64,000 nucleotides of DNA, taken from assembly GCA_937925475.1 (NCBI GenBank), contig CALEWH010000021.1:1448-65447 (forward strand). Direction: 5' to 3'. The notes below the pieces were generated by a model. That model saw only the letters and a list, made by a program, of their open reading frames with translations. It was not told the origin of the DNA and made no database searches. This document shows positions 1 through 8,455 of the stretch, piece by piece; the first letter of the stretch is position 1, and the number at the start of each line of letters is the position of its first letter. A program made the position numbers and the translations under genes. The DNA is from an uncultured Clostridia bacterium. Its GTDB lineage: Bacteria > Bacillota > Clostridia > Christensenellales > UBA1242.

Positions 1-86
1 GTTATACAGCGACTCACACACGCGAACAAATGGACGAAGCGATGACAAAAATTAAAGAAGTATTAGACATTCTTGAAGTAAAATAA
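1..86 (+). CDS. 3' end of an unidentified CDS (last 28 codons, ...EQMDEAMTKIKEVLDILEVK*)
   Basis: Frame is open from the window edge to TAA at 84-86. It ends 13 nt before argS, which suggests co-transcription. Too short to identify. Confidence 0.3.
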   Translation, partial: YTATHTREQMDEAMTKIKEVLDILEVK

Positions 87-99
87 CAAATGAGGAATT

Positions 100-1818
100 A
101 TGGACATTAAAAAATATATAGATGAAAAGTTAGCTGTTGTTTTTGCAGAACTTGGATATGATACAAGTCTTGCACACACAACATTTTCTGATAGAATAGA
201 CATGGCACATTTACAATGCAACGGAGCGTTTTCAATCGCAAAGGCTATGCACAAAAATCCGCTTGAAATAGCGCAAAACATTGCGGACACACTTGCAGTT
301 GGATTTACAGAGGGTGAAGTGAGTGTTGCACGCCCAGGTTTTGTCAATATCAAACTTAATGATGAGTTTTTGTGTAAAATTGCAAAAGATATTTTTAGTA
401 GCGACAGGCTAAACTTGCCAGTGCTTTCTAAAGGCGAAACTATAGTGCTTGATTATGGCGGAGCAAACATAGCAAAACCGCTTCATGTTGGGCATTTGCG
501 TTCAGCGATAATCGGCGAGAGTATCAAAAAACTTTACAAGACTTTTGGCTACAAAACAATATCTGATGTGCACCTAGGTGACTGGGGTCTTCAAATGGGT
601 CTAACCATTGCCCAACTTATGGACGACTACGATATGTCAGGATATTTTGAAGCGGGAAAAACTCGTACGCCAATCACACTGGATATGCTAGATATTTGCT
701 ATCCAAAGGCTTCTCAAAGAAAGAAAGTTGACGAAGAGTTCTATGCAAGAGCAAGCGAAATCACTCTAAAACTCCAAAGTGGTTTTGAGCCATATGTCAA
801 TATGTGGAAAGAAATATGCCGAGTTTCACTTACTGATTGTAGAGCGCTTTACGAAGAGTTGGGCTGTGATTTTGACCTTTGGAATGGTGAGAGCACAGTA
901 AACTATCTTGTTCCGGATGTTATTGCCGATTTGAAAAAGAAAAAACTTGCTTATATCAGTGATGGAGCGCTTGTTGTAGATACAACAGACGATATGCCAC
1001 CAGCAATCATACTTAAAAACAATGGTTCGCAAATGTACGCAATCACTGATATTGCGACAATCGTCGAGCGTATGAAAAAGTACAATCCGCAAAGCATTGT
1101 ATATATCACAGACGCTAGACAAGAACTTCATTTTAGACAAGTATTTACAGTTTGTGAAAAAGCTAAGTTTGTAAATGAAAAGACCAAACTTGTTCATATA
1201 GGCTATGGAACAGTCAATGGCAAAGATGGTCGTCCATTCAAAACCCGTGATGGGGGAGCATTCAAACTTCGTGACCTTATTGATATGGTTACTGCCAAAG
1301 CCAAAGAAAAGATACTTGCCAACAATGACCCAGTAGACGACATAGATGTTTTGTCAAAACAAGTCGCTATGTCTGCAATCAAGTTTGGTGACCTTAGCAA
1401 TGTCATAGCAAAGGACTATATTTTTGATGTCGACAAATTTACTTCATTTGAAGGCAAAACAGGCCCATATATCCAATATACTGGCGTGAGAATAAAGTCG
1501 CTAATCAATAAGGCTGGCTGGCAAGCAAAGAACTTTTCAGTAAGCGGTGATTTGAGCGAAATTAAAAACATTATGCTAGCATATCTAAAATATCTTGATG
1601 CGTTCAAACTTGCATTTGCTGATAAAAATATCAGTCCAATATGCAGTTCACTTTACGACCTATGTAGCGCATATTCAAATTTTTACAACAATGTCAAGAT
1701 ATTGTCTGAGAGTGACAATGTTAAGAAAAACACATATCTTAGCGTGTCGTATTTGGTGCTAAAAGGCATAATATTTGGAGCAAATATAATAGGATTTGAA
1801 GTTCCTGAGAAAATGTAA
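100..1818 (+). CDS. argS: arginine--tRNA ligase
   Basis: 572-aa ORF with class I HIGH motif (KPLHVGHLRSAIIG) and overall ArgRS layout. SD GAGG lies upstream of the ATG. Confidence 0.93.
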   Translation: MDIKKYIDEKLAVVFAELGYDTSLAHTTFSDRIDMAHLQCNGAFSIAKAMHKNPLEIAQNIADTLAVGFTEGEVSVARPGFVNIKLNDEFLCKIAKDIFSSDRLNLPVLSKGETIVLDYGGANIAKPLHVGHLRSAIIGESIKKLYKTFGYKTISDVHLGDWGLQMGLTIAQLMDDYDMSGYFEAGKTRTPITLDMLDICYPKASQRKKVDEEFYARASEITLKLQSGFEPYVNMWKEICRVSLTDCRALYEELGCDFDLWNGESTVNYLVPDVIADLKKKKLAYISDGALVVDTTDDMPPAIILKNNGSQMYAITDIATIVERMKKYNPQSIVYITDARQELHFRQVFTVCEKAKFVNEKTKLVHIGYGTVNGKDGRPFKTRDGGAFKLRDLIDMVTAKAKEKILANNDPVDDIDVLSKQVAMSAIKFGDLSNVIAKDYIFDVDKFTSFEGKTGPYIQYTGVRIKSLINKAGWQAKNFSVSGDLSEIKNIMLAYLKYLDAFKLAFADKNISPICSSLYDLCSAYSNFYNNVKILSESDNVKKNTYLSVSYLVLKGIIFGANIIGFEVPEKM

Positions 1819-1843
1819 TATATTTTGTAGAAATATTTGTTTT

Positions 1844-1870
1844 AAGAACTCTTTTTGAGTTCTTTTTTTG
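1844..1870 (+). terminator. Rho-independent terminator after argS
   Basis: Stem aagaactc/gagttctt followed by a T-run. Confidence 0.7.
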
Positions 1871-1929
1871 TCGTCAAATTATCCCAAAATAATTAAGGTC
1901 AAATTGCATAGAATAGAGTTGAGGGCAAT

Positions 1930-2652
1930 ATGGAAAAAACATATATCTTTAACAAAAAATATTCTACTGACATCACAAAACTATCACGCCGACTATCTCT
2001 TATTGAAAACATAGATGTAAAGACTGAAAAGGGTAGTGATAGTGTGGTTTTGAAAATAAATATCAACTCGCAAAAAGAAGAAACTTTTGACAATTTGGTC
2101 GTGCTTATTGGGTCATTTGTTTTGACAATTTACAAGACCGATTATGTGACTAAAAACCTTGTTGTTCCGGCGCTTTTGCAAAATTGTATGTCATCGCTAA
2201 TTGTAAGTATGGTTGCTTTTGACTACGAGGCCGAACTGCTATTTGTATCTAATCTTTTGTCCGATTATGACAAACTTTATGTTGAGTCGTTTAATATGTT
2301 TTGTATGGACGAACTTCGAATAAAGTGGAACGAGTTTTTGTTTGTCATCAACACAACTTTAAAACTTGAAAATCGTGATGGCTTTATCGAACTAATAAAG
2401 TTTTTATCCGACAACATAAATGGAATAAACGAGATAAATTTGCATATAGTTTCGGGCAAAATAATGTTATGTGACCATAACCAAAATGTGCTTGAAAAAG
2501 ACATAGACATTAATGACCCAATCACACTCATTACGACGCTTGCAAACCATAGTCCAAAGGTCATCAATGTCCACAATTTGAGCGTTCTTGGCAAACAGAA
2601 CTACAAAATACTCAATTATGTTTTTCCAAACAAACTCAATACACTGGTCTAA
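1930..2652 (+). CDS. hypothetical protein, YtxC-like by position
   Basis: 240-aa ORF with SD GAGGG, immediately upstream of thrS, where ytxC sits in Bacillus and Clostridia. No diagnostic motif seen, so the call rests on synteny only. Confidence 0.45.
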   Translation: MEKTYIFNKKYSTDITKLSRRLSLIENIDVKTEKGSDSVVLKININSQKEETFDNLVVLIGSFVLTIYKTDYVTKNLVVPALLQNCMSSLIVSMVAFDYEAELLFVSNLLSDYDKLYVESFNMFCMDELRIKWNEFLFVINTTLKLENRDGFIELIKFLSDNINGINEINLHIVSGKIMLCDHNQNVLEKDIDINDPITLITTLANHSPKVINVHNLSVLGKQNYKILNYVFPNKLNTLV

Positions 2653-2678
2653 ACATTGTTTTAAGAGTGCAAAAGTTA

Positions 2679-2707
2679 TTGCAAAATATAGTTTAATTTG
2701 CTATAAT
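2679..2707 (+). promoter_or_regulatory. sigma-A type promoter for thrS
   Basis: TTGCAA (2679-2684), 17-nt spacer, TATAAT (2702-2707). Confidence 0.55.
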
Positions 2708-2748
2708 CTATGTGTTTTTTAAAAACAAATAATAATAAAGGTGAGATT

Positions 2749-4491
2749 ATGAGCGAACAAAACGAAAAAGAAATGATGCAACGACATAGTATGGCGCATG
2801 TTCTTGCAAAAGCAATATGCCAAATTTATCCTGATGTAAAACTAACTATCGGACCTGCAATCGATAATGGTTTTTACTATGATATTGACACGACTACGAC
2901 AATCACACCTGACGATTTTCCAAAGATAGAAGAAAAAATGTCTGAGATAATAAAAAGCAATCAAGACTTTGTTAGAAAAGAAATCAGCAAGGACGAGGCT
3001 TTAAAATTATTTGCCGACAACAAATATAAAGTCGAACTTATCAACGAACTTCCAGCAGACGAAGTTATATCAATATACTATCTAGGTGATGACTTTGTAG
3101 ACTTGTGTCGTGGCCCACATGTAGAAAACACAAAATATTTGCGTGGCTTTGCTTTTAAGATAAACAAAGTTGCGGGTGCATACTGGCGTGGCAACGAGAA
3201 AAACAAAATGCTTCAACGCATCTATGTATATGGATTTGCCGACAAAAACGGACTAAAAGAGTACTTGCATATGCTTGAAGAAGCAGCAAAACGCGACCAC
3301 CGCAAGATCGGACGCGAGCAAGAGTTGTTTTTCTTTGACGAAACAGCACCAGGTATGGCTTACTGGCTTCCAAAGGGATTTATTATACTTAATACACTTA
3401 TAGATTTCTGGCGTGAAGACCACAAAAAAGAAGGTTATTTGGAGTTTTCTGCGCCACTATTAAATAGCAGTGTGCTTTGGAAAACATCAGGTCACTGGGA
3501 TCACTACAAAGAAGATATGTTTGTGCTTACAGACGCTGACGGAAAAGAGCAAGCCCTAAAACCTATGAATTGCCCAAACTCTATCAAAATTTATGAGAGC
3601 AAAATCCGTAGTTATAAAGACCTTCCATTGAGATTTAATGATGTCGATGTAATACACCGAAACGAAAAATCAGGTCAACTTAATGGTCTATTTAGAGTAA
3701 GAATGTTTAGACAAGACGACTCGCACAACTACATTACACATGACCAAATCGGAAGCGAGATTAAGTCGATAATCAAGATCGTAGATAGATACTACAAGAT
3801 GTTTAATCTTCAATCCCAACTTACTTTGTCGACTCGTCCAGACGACTTTATGGGTGAGATTGAGACATGGAACAATGCTGAGAAAGAATTGAAGGCCGTT
3901 CTAAACGAGATATGTGGTGAAGGAAATTATCGCATAAACGAAGGTGATGGTGCGTTCTATGGCCCTAAAATTGATATTAAGATGAAGGACTGCCTAGGTC
4001 GTGAGTGGCAAATGGGAACAATCCAACTTGACTTCCAACTTCCACAAAGATTCAATCTATCGTACATCGACCAAAACGGCGAAAAACAAACTCCAATAAT
4101 GATTCATAGAGCAATTTTTGGCTCGTTTGAGAGATTTATAGGCATAATTACCGAACACTTTGCTGGTGCATTCCCACTATGGTTGAGCCCAGTTCAAGTA
4201 AAAGTAATGAATATCAGCGAAAACTCCCTAGAATATGCTAAGAAAGTAGTTTCTGTGCTTGAAGAAAACGGCATTCGTGTAGAAATTGACGAGAGAAACG
4301 AGAGCATCAACAAAAAGATTCGTGATGCACAAGTTTTAAAAATTCCATATATGCTTGTTGTGGGCGATAAGGAAATGGCTGACGGAACAGTTGCTGTAAG
4401 AAAAAGAGGTGAAGGCGATAAAGGTGCAACACCACTTAAAGAATTTGTTGATAAAGTTTTGTATGAAATCAAAAACCGCACTCTAAACTAA
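2749..4491 (+). CDS. thrS: threonine--tRNA ligase (no N-terminal TGS domain)
   Basis: Start moved to ATG 2749, behind SD AAAGGTGAG. Editing-domain HxxxH (HSMAHVLAKA), class II motifs (FRVRMFRQDDSH, GSFERFIGI) and an anticodon-binding C-terminus are present. Confidence 0.93.
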   Translation: MSEQNEKEMMQRHSMAHVLAKAICQIYPDVKLTIGPAIDNGFYYDIDTTTTITPDDFPKIEEKMSEIIKSNQDFVRKEISKDEALKLFADNKYKVELINELPADEVISIYYLGDDFVDLCRGPHVENTKYLRGFAFKINKVAGAYWRGNEKNKMLQRIYVYGFADKNGLKEYLHMLEEAAKRDHRKIGREQELFFFDETAPGMAYWLPKGFIILNTLIDFWREDHKKEGYLEFSAPLLNSSVLWKTSGHWDHYKEDMFVLTDADGKEQALKPMNCPNSIKIYESKIRSYKDLPLRFNDVDVIHRNEKSGQLNGLFRVRMFRQDDSHNYITHDQIGSEIKSIIKIVDRYYKMFNLQSQLTLSTRPDDFMGEIETWNNAEKELKAVLNEICGEGNYRINEGDGAFYGPKIDIKMKDCLGREWQMGTIQLDFQLPQRFNLSYIDQNGEKQTPIMIHRAIFGSFERFIGIITEHFAGAFPLWLSPVQVKVMNISENSLEYAKKVVSVLEENGIRVEIDERNESINKKIRDAQVLKIPYMLVVGDKEMADGTVAVRKRGEGDKGATPLKEFVDKVLYEIKNRTLN

Positions 4492-4567
4492 TCTAGTCTA
4501 AACTGTTAGTTTTCACAATGTGCAAATTGACAAATATATGTAATCAACAAATAAAGTAATCAAAAAA

Positions 4568-4600
4568 ATAAAACCTGACGATTTGTCAGGTTTTTTATTT
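4568..4600. terminator. bidirectional terminator shared by thrS and the convergent 224-aa gene
   Basis: Stem aaaacctgac/gtcaggtttt, flanked by an A-run on the left and a T-run on the right. Confidence 0.8.
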
Positions 4601-4618
4601 TCTATTATTTACTGCCAT

Positions 4619-5293
4619 CTATTTTGTAAGGTCGTTTGAATTGTTTGTTTTGTCAGATACTTTTTTGCAAACACTTTGAGCAGCTTTGCCATTCTTTCTG
4701 TTTTTGTTTCTTTCATTAATTCTAAGTGCTATTTTGTACTCTTCATTTATTTTATCAAAACAACATAGATTTGTAGGGAAGAACGAATCAGGAGCTTTAT
4801 CAAATTCTTCAAAGTAAGCATTTCTTGCTAATTTAATTACTGTTCCGGCAGATAGCAATTTGATTGCGTGTCCGATACAACCATGGAATACTGAAATCTC
4901 ATTGGCATAAGTCAAAGAGTCATCAGCAGTATTTTCATGTGGGATACCTTGGCTGTTTTTTGATAGAGTAGGATCAGTGGGATCGATTTTCTCTGGTTTG
5001 CCTAGTGTGTATATTCCATTTTCATCTTTACATACTTTGTGTGCAAGATATCCATATTTATAACTTAAAAATAAGTTTGTAAGTTTGTCAGAGTGTACAC
5101 CTAGTGGATCAGCAAGGTTTTCTATTTGTACAATACCTGTTTTGCCACTTACAACTTTTCCGTTTTCTACTTTTCTTGCAGATATGTAAGAGTCAACGAC
5201 ATTTTCGTCTTGGTCTATGATTATGCGTTTTCTGATACATATTTTGTCGTCTTTATAAATTTGACGCGCTGTTATTGTCTTATATTTACTCAT
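4619..5293 (-). CDS. hypothetical cytoplasmic protein (orphan, 224 aa)
   Basis: Clean ORF with SD AAGGGGTGA and its own consensus promoter. No signal peptide or TM segment. Carries an FHGCIGH motif and a basic C-terminal tail. No family recognised. Confidence 0.7.
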   Translation of the reverse strand: MSKYKTITARQIYKDDKICIRKRIIIDQDENVVDSYISARKVENGKVVSGKTGIVQIENLADPLGVHSDKLTNLFLSYKYGYLAHKVCKDENGIYTLGKPEKIDPTDPTLSKNSQGIPHENTADDSLTYANEISVFHGCIGHAIKLLSAGTVIKLARNAYFEEFDKAPDSFFPTNLCCFDKINEEYKIALRINERNKNRKNGKAAQSVCKKVSDKTNNSNDLTK

Positions 5294-5313
5294 ATTTCAC
5301 CCCTTGTGACTAC

Positions 5314-5342
5314 ATTATATCATACTTAGATTGTGTTTTCAA
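5314..5342 (-). promoter_or_regulatory. sigma-A promoter of the 224-aa orphan gene
   Basis: On the minus strand: TTGAAA (5342-5337), 17-nt spacer, TGaTATAAT (-10 at 5319-5314). Predicts a 5' UTR of only about 15 nt. Confidence 0.6.
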
Positions 5343-5474
5343 GACCCAACTTGCTGATTTGATGTCTCTTTTTGAGCCTTGATTGTGTTTTAATTGCGAT
5401 AGTGCATTGTATTTTAAGATAAATCAACTGATTTTGTAGTCACAAAACTATTTTTGCAAATATAAATAAATGTG

Positions 5475-5503
5475 TTGACACGCGACCAAGTGTATTGTAT
5501 AAT
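5475..5503 (+). promoter_or_regulatory. sigma-A promoter of the infC-rpmI-rplT operon
   Basis: TTGACA (5475-5480), 17-nt spacer, TATAAT (5498-5503). Perfect consensus. Confidence 0.75.
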
Positions 5504-5509
5504 AGACTC

Positions 5510-5628
5510 GTAAAAAGTAGAAGAAACTTACTTCTCACCAGCAAATGAAAGATTTTCGCGTGGTTTTCATAAATACAACTTGTTTTGTTTTTTATGTGAG
5601 AAGTGGGTGAGTGTTCCCACTTTTTTTA
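5510..5628 (+). promoter_or_regulatory. L20-leader-like transcription attenuator
   Basis: Long-range helix acttctcac (5530-5538) with gtgagaagt (5596-5604). It overlaps the 5' arm of a terminator hairpin: aagtggg (5601-5607), cccactt (5616-5622), then T7. Sits where Firmicute L20 leaders are found. Confidence 0.6.
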
Positions 5629-5665
5629 ATGCTGATTTTCAGCGAATATGTTTTGGAGGTACAAT

Positions 5666-6181
5666 ATTATTAAGGACTTATTGATTAATGATCAAATCAC
5701 TGCTAGTCAAGTAAGACTTATAGGTAGTGACGGGACCCAACATGGTGTGGTAAATCTTGCCGTAGCAAAACAAAAGGCAGACGAAGAAGGATATGATTTG
5801 GTGTTAATATCCCCAACAGCGACTCCACCAGTTTGTCGTATTATGGATTATGGCAAATATCGTTTTGACGCATCAAAGAAAGAGAAGGATGCTAAGAAAA
5901 AGCAAAAAGTCGCAGAAGTCAAAGGTATGCAACTTAGTATGAATATTGCTGACAATGATATGCAATTTAAGGCTAAAAATGTTCGCAAGTTTTTGACAAA
6001 CGGCGACAAAGTAAAAGTAAGTTTGCGTATGTTTGGACGCCAACTTGCCAATCCGCAAATGGGTCTTCCTATTATGAACAAATTTTATGAGATGTTAAGC
6101 GATGTCGCTGACCTTACATCTAAGCCCGAGATTAATGGACGAAACATTACAATGGTTTTGTCACCTAAAAACACAAAATAA
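5666..6181 (+). CDS. infC: translation initiation factor IF-3 (predicted AUU start)
   Basis: The N-terminus (I)IKDLLINDQITASQVRLIGSDG matches IF-3 N-termini. GGAGG (5655-5659) lies 6 nt before ATT 5666. The track's ATG 5648 has no SD and would place the SD inside the ORF. Confidence 0.88.
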   Translation: MIKDLLINDQITASQVRLIGSDGTQHGVVNLAVAKQKADEEGYDLVLISPTATPPVCRIMDYGKYRFDASKKEKDAKKKQKVAEVKGMQLSMNIADNDMQFKAKNVRKFLTNGDKVKVSLRMFGRQLANPQMGLPIMNKFYEMLSDVADLTSKPEINGRNITMVLSPKNTK

Positions 6182-6201
6182 CATTTTATAAGGAGAATAT
6201 T

Positions 6202-6396
6202 ATGCCAAAGCAAAAAACAAACAGTGGCGCAAAGAAAAGATTTAAACTTAAAAAGTCAGGAGTGATTAAAAGAAACAAACAAAATCGTCGTCACATTCTT
6301 ACAAAGAAATCACAAGACAGAAAAAGAGGACTAAGAAAAGCAACTTATGTTTCTGACGCTGACTACAAAAATGTAAAGAAGATGCTTAACAATTAA
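6202..6396 (+). CDS. rpmI: 50S ribosomal protein L35
   Basis: 64-aa basic protein [15 protein letters not shown], with SD AAGGAG. Confidence 0.95.
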   Translation: MPKQKTNSGAKKRFKLKKSGVIKRNKQNRRHILTKKSQDRKRGLRKATYVSDADYKNVKKMLNN

Positions 6397-6407
6397 AGGA
6401 GAATATT

Positions 6408-6767
6408 ATGAGAATCAAGAGAAGCGTAAACGCTCTAAAAAAGAGAAGAAAAGTATTAAGATCAGCAAAGGGATATAGGGGTGCTAGTAGCAAACTTTAT
6501 CGTGTAGCTAATCAAGCAGTTATGAAAGCTGGCCAATATGCGTATGTAGGTAGAAAACTTAAAAAGAGAGATTTCCGTCAACTATGGATTGCGCGTATCA
6601 ATGCTGGTTGTCATGCCAATAATATGTCATACAGTCAATTTATGCATGGTCTAAAACTTGCTAATATCAATCTAAACAGAAAAGTTCTTGCTGACCTTGC
6701 ACTTACTGACGAGAAAGCATTTGCAAGCCTTGTAGAAACTGCAAAATCTGCTATTGCCAATGCCTAA
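6408..6767 (+). CDS. rplT: 50S ribosomal protein L20
   Basis: 119 aa, [17 protein letters not shown]...GYRG, in operon position after rpmI. Confidence 0.95.
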   Translation: MRIKRSVNALKKRRKVLRSAKGYRGASSKLYRVANQAVMKAGQYAYVGRKLKKRDFRQLWIARINAGCHANNMSYSQFMHGLKLANINLNRKVLADLALTDEKAFASLVETAKSAIANA

Positions 6768-6773
6768 AACAAT

Positions 6774-6805
6774 TTGCCACTACTACACTAGTGGCAATTA
6801 TTTTG
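6774..6805 (+). terminator. terminator after rplT
   Basis: Stem ttgccact/agtggcaa followed by ttatttt. It lies inside the track's N-terminal extension of the next ORF, which supports the later start. Confidence 0.6.
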
Positions 6806-6817
6806 TATGGAGCGACT

Positions 6818-7582
6818 ATGGAGATAATAACAAGCAAATCAAACCCGATAGTAAAATATGCGTGCGAACTTAAAGATAAAAAGTCATCACAAAAATATGG
6901 TCAATGCTTAGTTGAGAGTGAGAAGATTATACACGACTTGCTGGTATCAAAGGTCAAGGTTGAGACACTGCTAATAAGTAGTGACAAAGTGTCAAAGTAT
7001 GAGAGTCTTAGATCTCTTCACACTGGCAAAACATATTTTATTTCGCCCGAGATTTCAAAGTATCTTGGCGAGACCGTAACTCCAAGCGGTGTTTTTGCTT
7101 TTGTTCAGATCCCAAAAGCCAGCATGGCTCACAAAAACTTTTTGGTTCTTGAAAACATTCAAGACCCGTCAAACCTAGGCGCGATTTTGCGTTCGGCAAA
7201 GGCGTTTGATTATAACGACATCATTTTAATTAGTGGCGTATATCCATATAGCCCTAAAGTTATAAGGTCGAGTATGGGATATGTCTTTGACTCCAACATA
7301 GTTGATATGACTATTGACGAGTTGAAAGAATATTTGTCACGCCACAACTTTATGTTGTATTGTGCCGATATGGACGGATTTGATGTGATCGACACTCCGC
7401 CTACATCGACAAGATACGGCATAGTATTTGGCAATGAAGGAAATGGAGTAAGCCTAGGACTAAAAAGTATTTGTAATAGTGTGGTTAGTATTCCGATGCA
7501 AAACAATGTAGAAAGTCTAAATGTCAGTGTAAGTGCTGGCATAATAATGTACAATCTAAACAACATTAATAAGGAGAAATAA
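6818..7582 (+). CDS. TrmH/SpoU-family RNA 2'-O-methyltransferase
   Basis: SpoU methylase motifs (LENIQDPSNLGAILRSA, FGNEGNGVS, IPMQNNVESLNVSVSAGI). Start set at ATG 6818 behind GGAG. Confidence 0.85.
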   Translation: MEIITSKSNPIVKYACELKDKKSSQKYGQCLVESEKIIHDLLVSKVKVETLLISSDKVSKYESLRSLHTGKTYFISPEISKYLGETVTPSGVFAFVQIPKASMAHKNFLVLENIQDPSNLGAILRSAKAFDYNDIILISGVYPYSPKVIRSSMGYVFDSNIVDMTIDELKEYLSRHNFMLYCADMDGFDVIDTPPTSTRYGIVFGNEGNGVSLGLKSICNSVVSIPMQNNVESLNVSVSAGIIMYNLNNINKEK

Positions 7583-7583
7583 A

Positions 7584-8321
7584 ATGAGCGGACACAATAA
7601 GTGGAGTAAGATAAAAAATGTAAAAGCCGCAAACGATGCAGCAAACTCGAAAGTTTACTCAAAACTTGGTCGTGAAATTACTGTTGCGGTCAAACTTGGC
7701 GGTCCTGACCCAAACAGCAACCCGCGTCTAAAAACTGTTATCGCAAAAGCGCGCGCTGTCAATATGCCAAATGACAACATCACTCGCAACATTAAAAAGG
7801 CGAGCGGTGAAGACGCCAATATAAACTACGATAGCATTACATACGAAGGATATGGCGTATCCGGAAGTGCTGTTATGGTGTATGCTCTTACTGACAATAA
7901 AAACCGTACAGCAAGCGATGTTAGACACTTGTTTGATAAGTTTGGCGGAAGCCTTGGCGCAACTGGTTGTGTAAATTACTTGTTTGATAGAAAAGGCGTT
8001 ATTGTAGTAGAGAAGGGCAGAGGCATAAGCGATGATGATATGATGATGTATGCACTAGATGCAGGTGCAGACGATGTCGAAATTAACGACGACTGCTTTG
8101 TAATTTATACAGCGCCTGATGCGTTTGAAAATGTCAAAAAATATTTTGACGACAATAAAATTGAGTATGCCGAAGCGGATTTGGATATGGTTCCTCAAAA
8201 CTATGTATCCCTTCCAGCAGACAAAATTGCTACATTCCAAAAATTTCTTAATGCACTTGACGACAATGATGATGTACAAAATGTGTATCACAATGTTGAC
8301 AATTTGCCAGAAGAAGAATAA
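7584..8321 (+). CDS. yebC: YebC/PmpR-family DNA-binding regulator
   Basis: N-terminus MSGHNKWSKIKNVKAANDA is diagnostic of YebC. 245 aa. Confidence 0.92.
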   Translation: MSGHNKWSKIKNVKAANDAANSKVYSKLGREITVAVKLGGPDPNSNPRLKTVIAKARAVNMPNDNITRNIKKASGEDANINYDSITYEGYGVSGSAVMVYALTDNKNRTASDVRHLFDKFGGSLGATGCVNYLFDRKGVIVVEKGRGISDDDMMMYALDAGADDVEINDDCFVIYTAPDAFENVKKYFDDNKIEYAEADLDMVPQNYVSLPADKIATFQKFLNALDDNDDVQNVYHNVDNLPEEE

Positions 8322-8345
8322 AAGACCCACCGGTCTTTTTTCTTT
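8321..8345 (+). terminator. terminator after yebC
   Basis: aaagacc-cacc-ggtcttt followed by a T-run. Confidence 0.7.
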
Positions 8346-8455
8346 TTGTTGTTGTAATTTATAAATAAAACATATGTTTTATAAGGCTATTTGATTGACA
8401 TTTTGTCCGCTTAATTATACACTAATTGTATTATAGAAAAAGGACGGCAAATATA

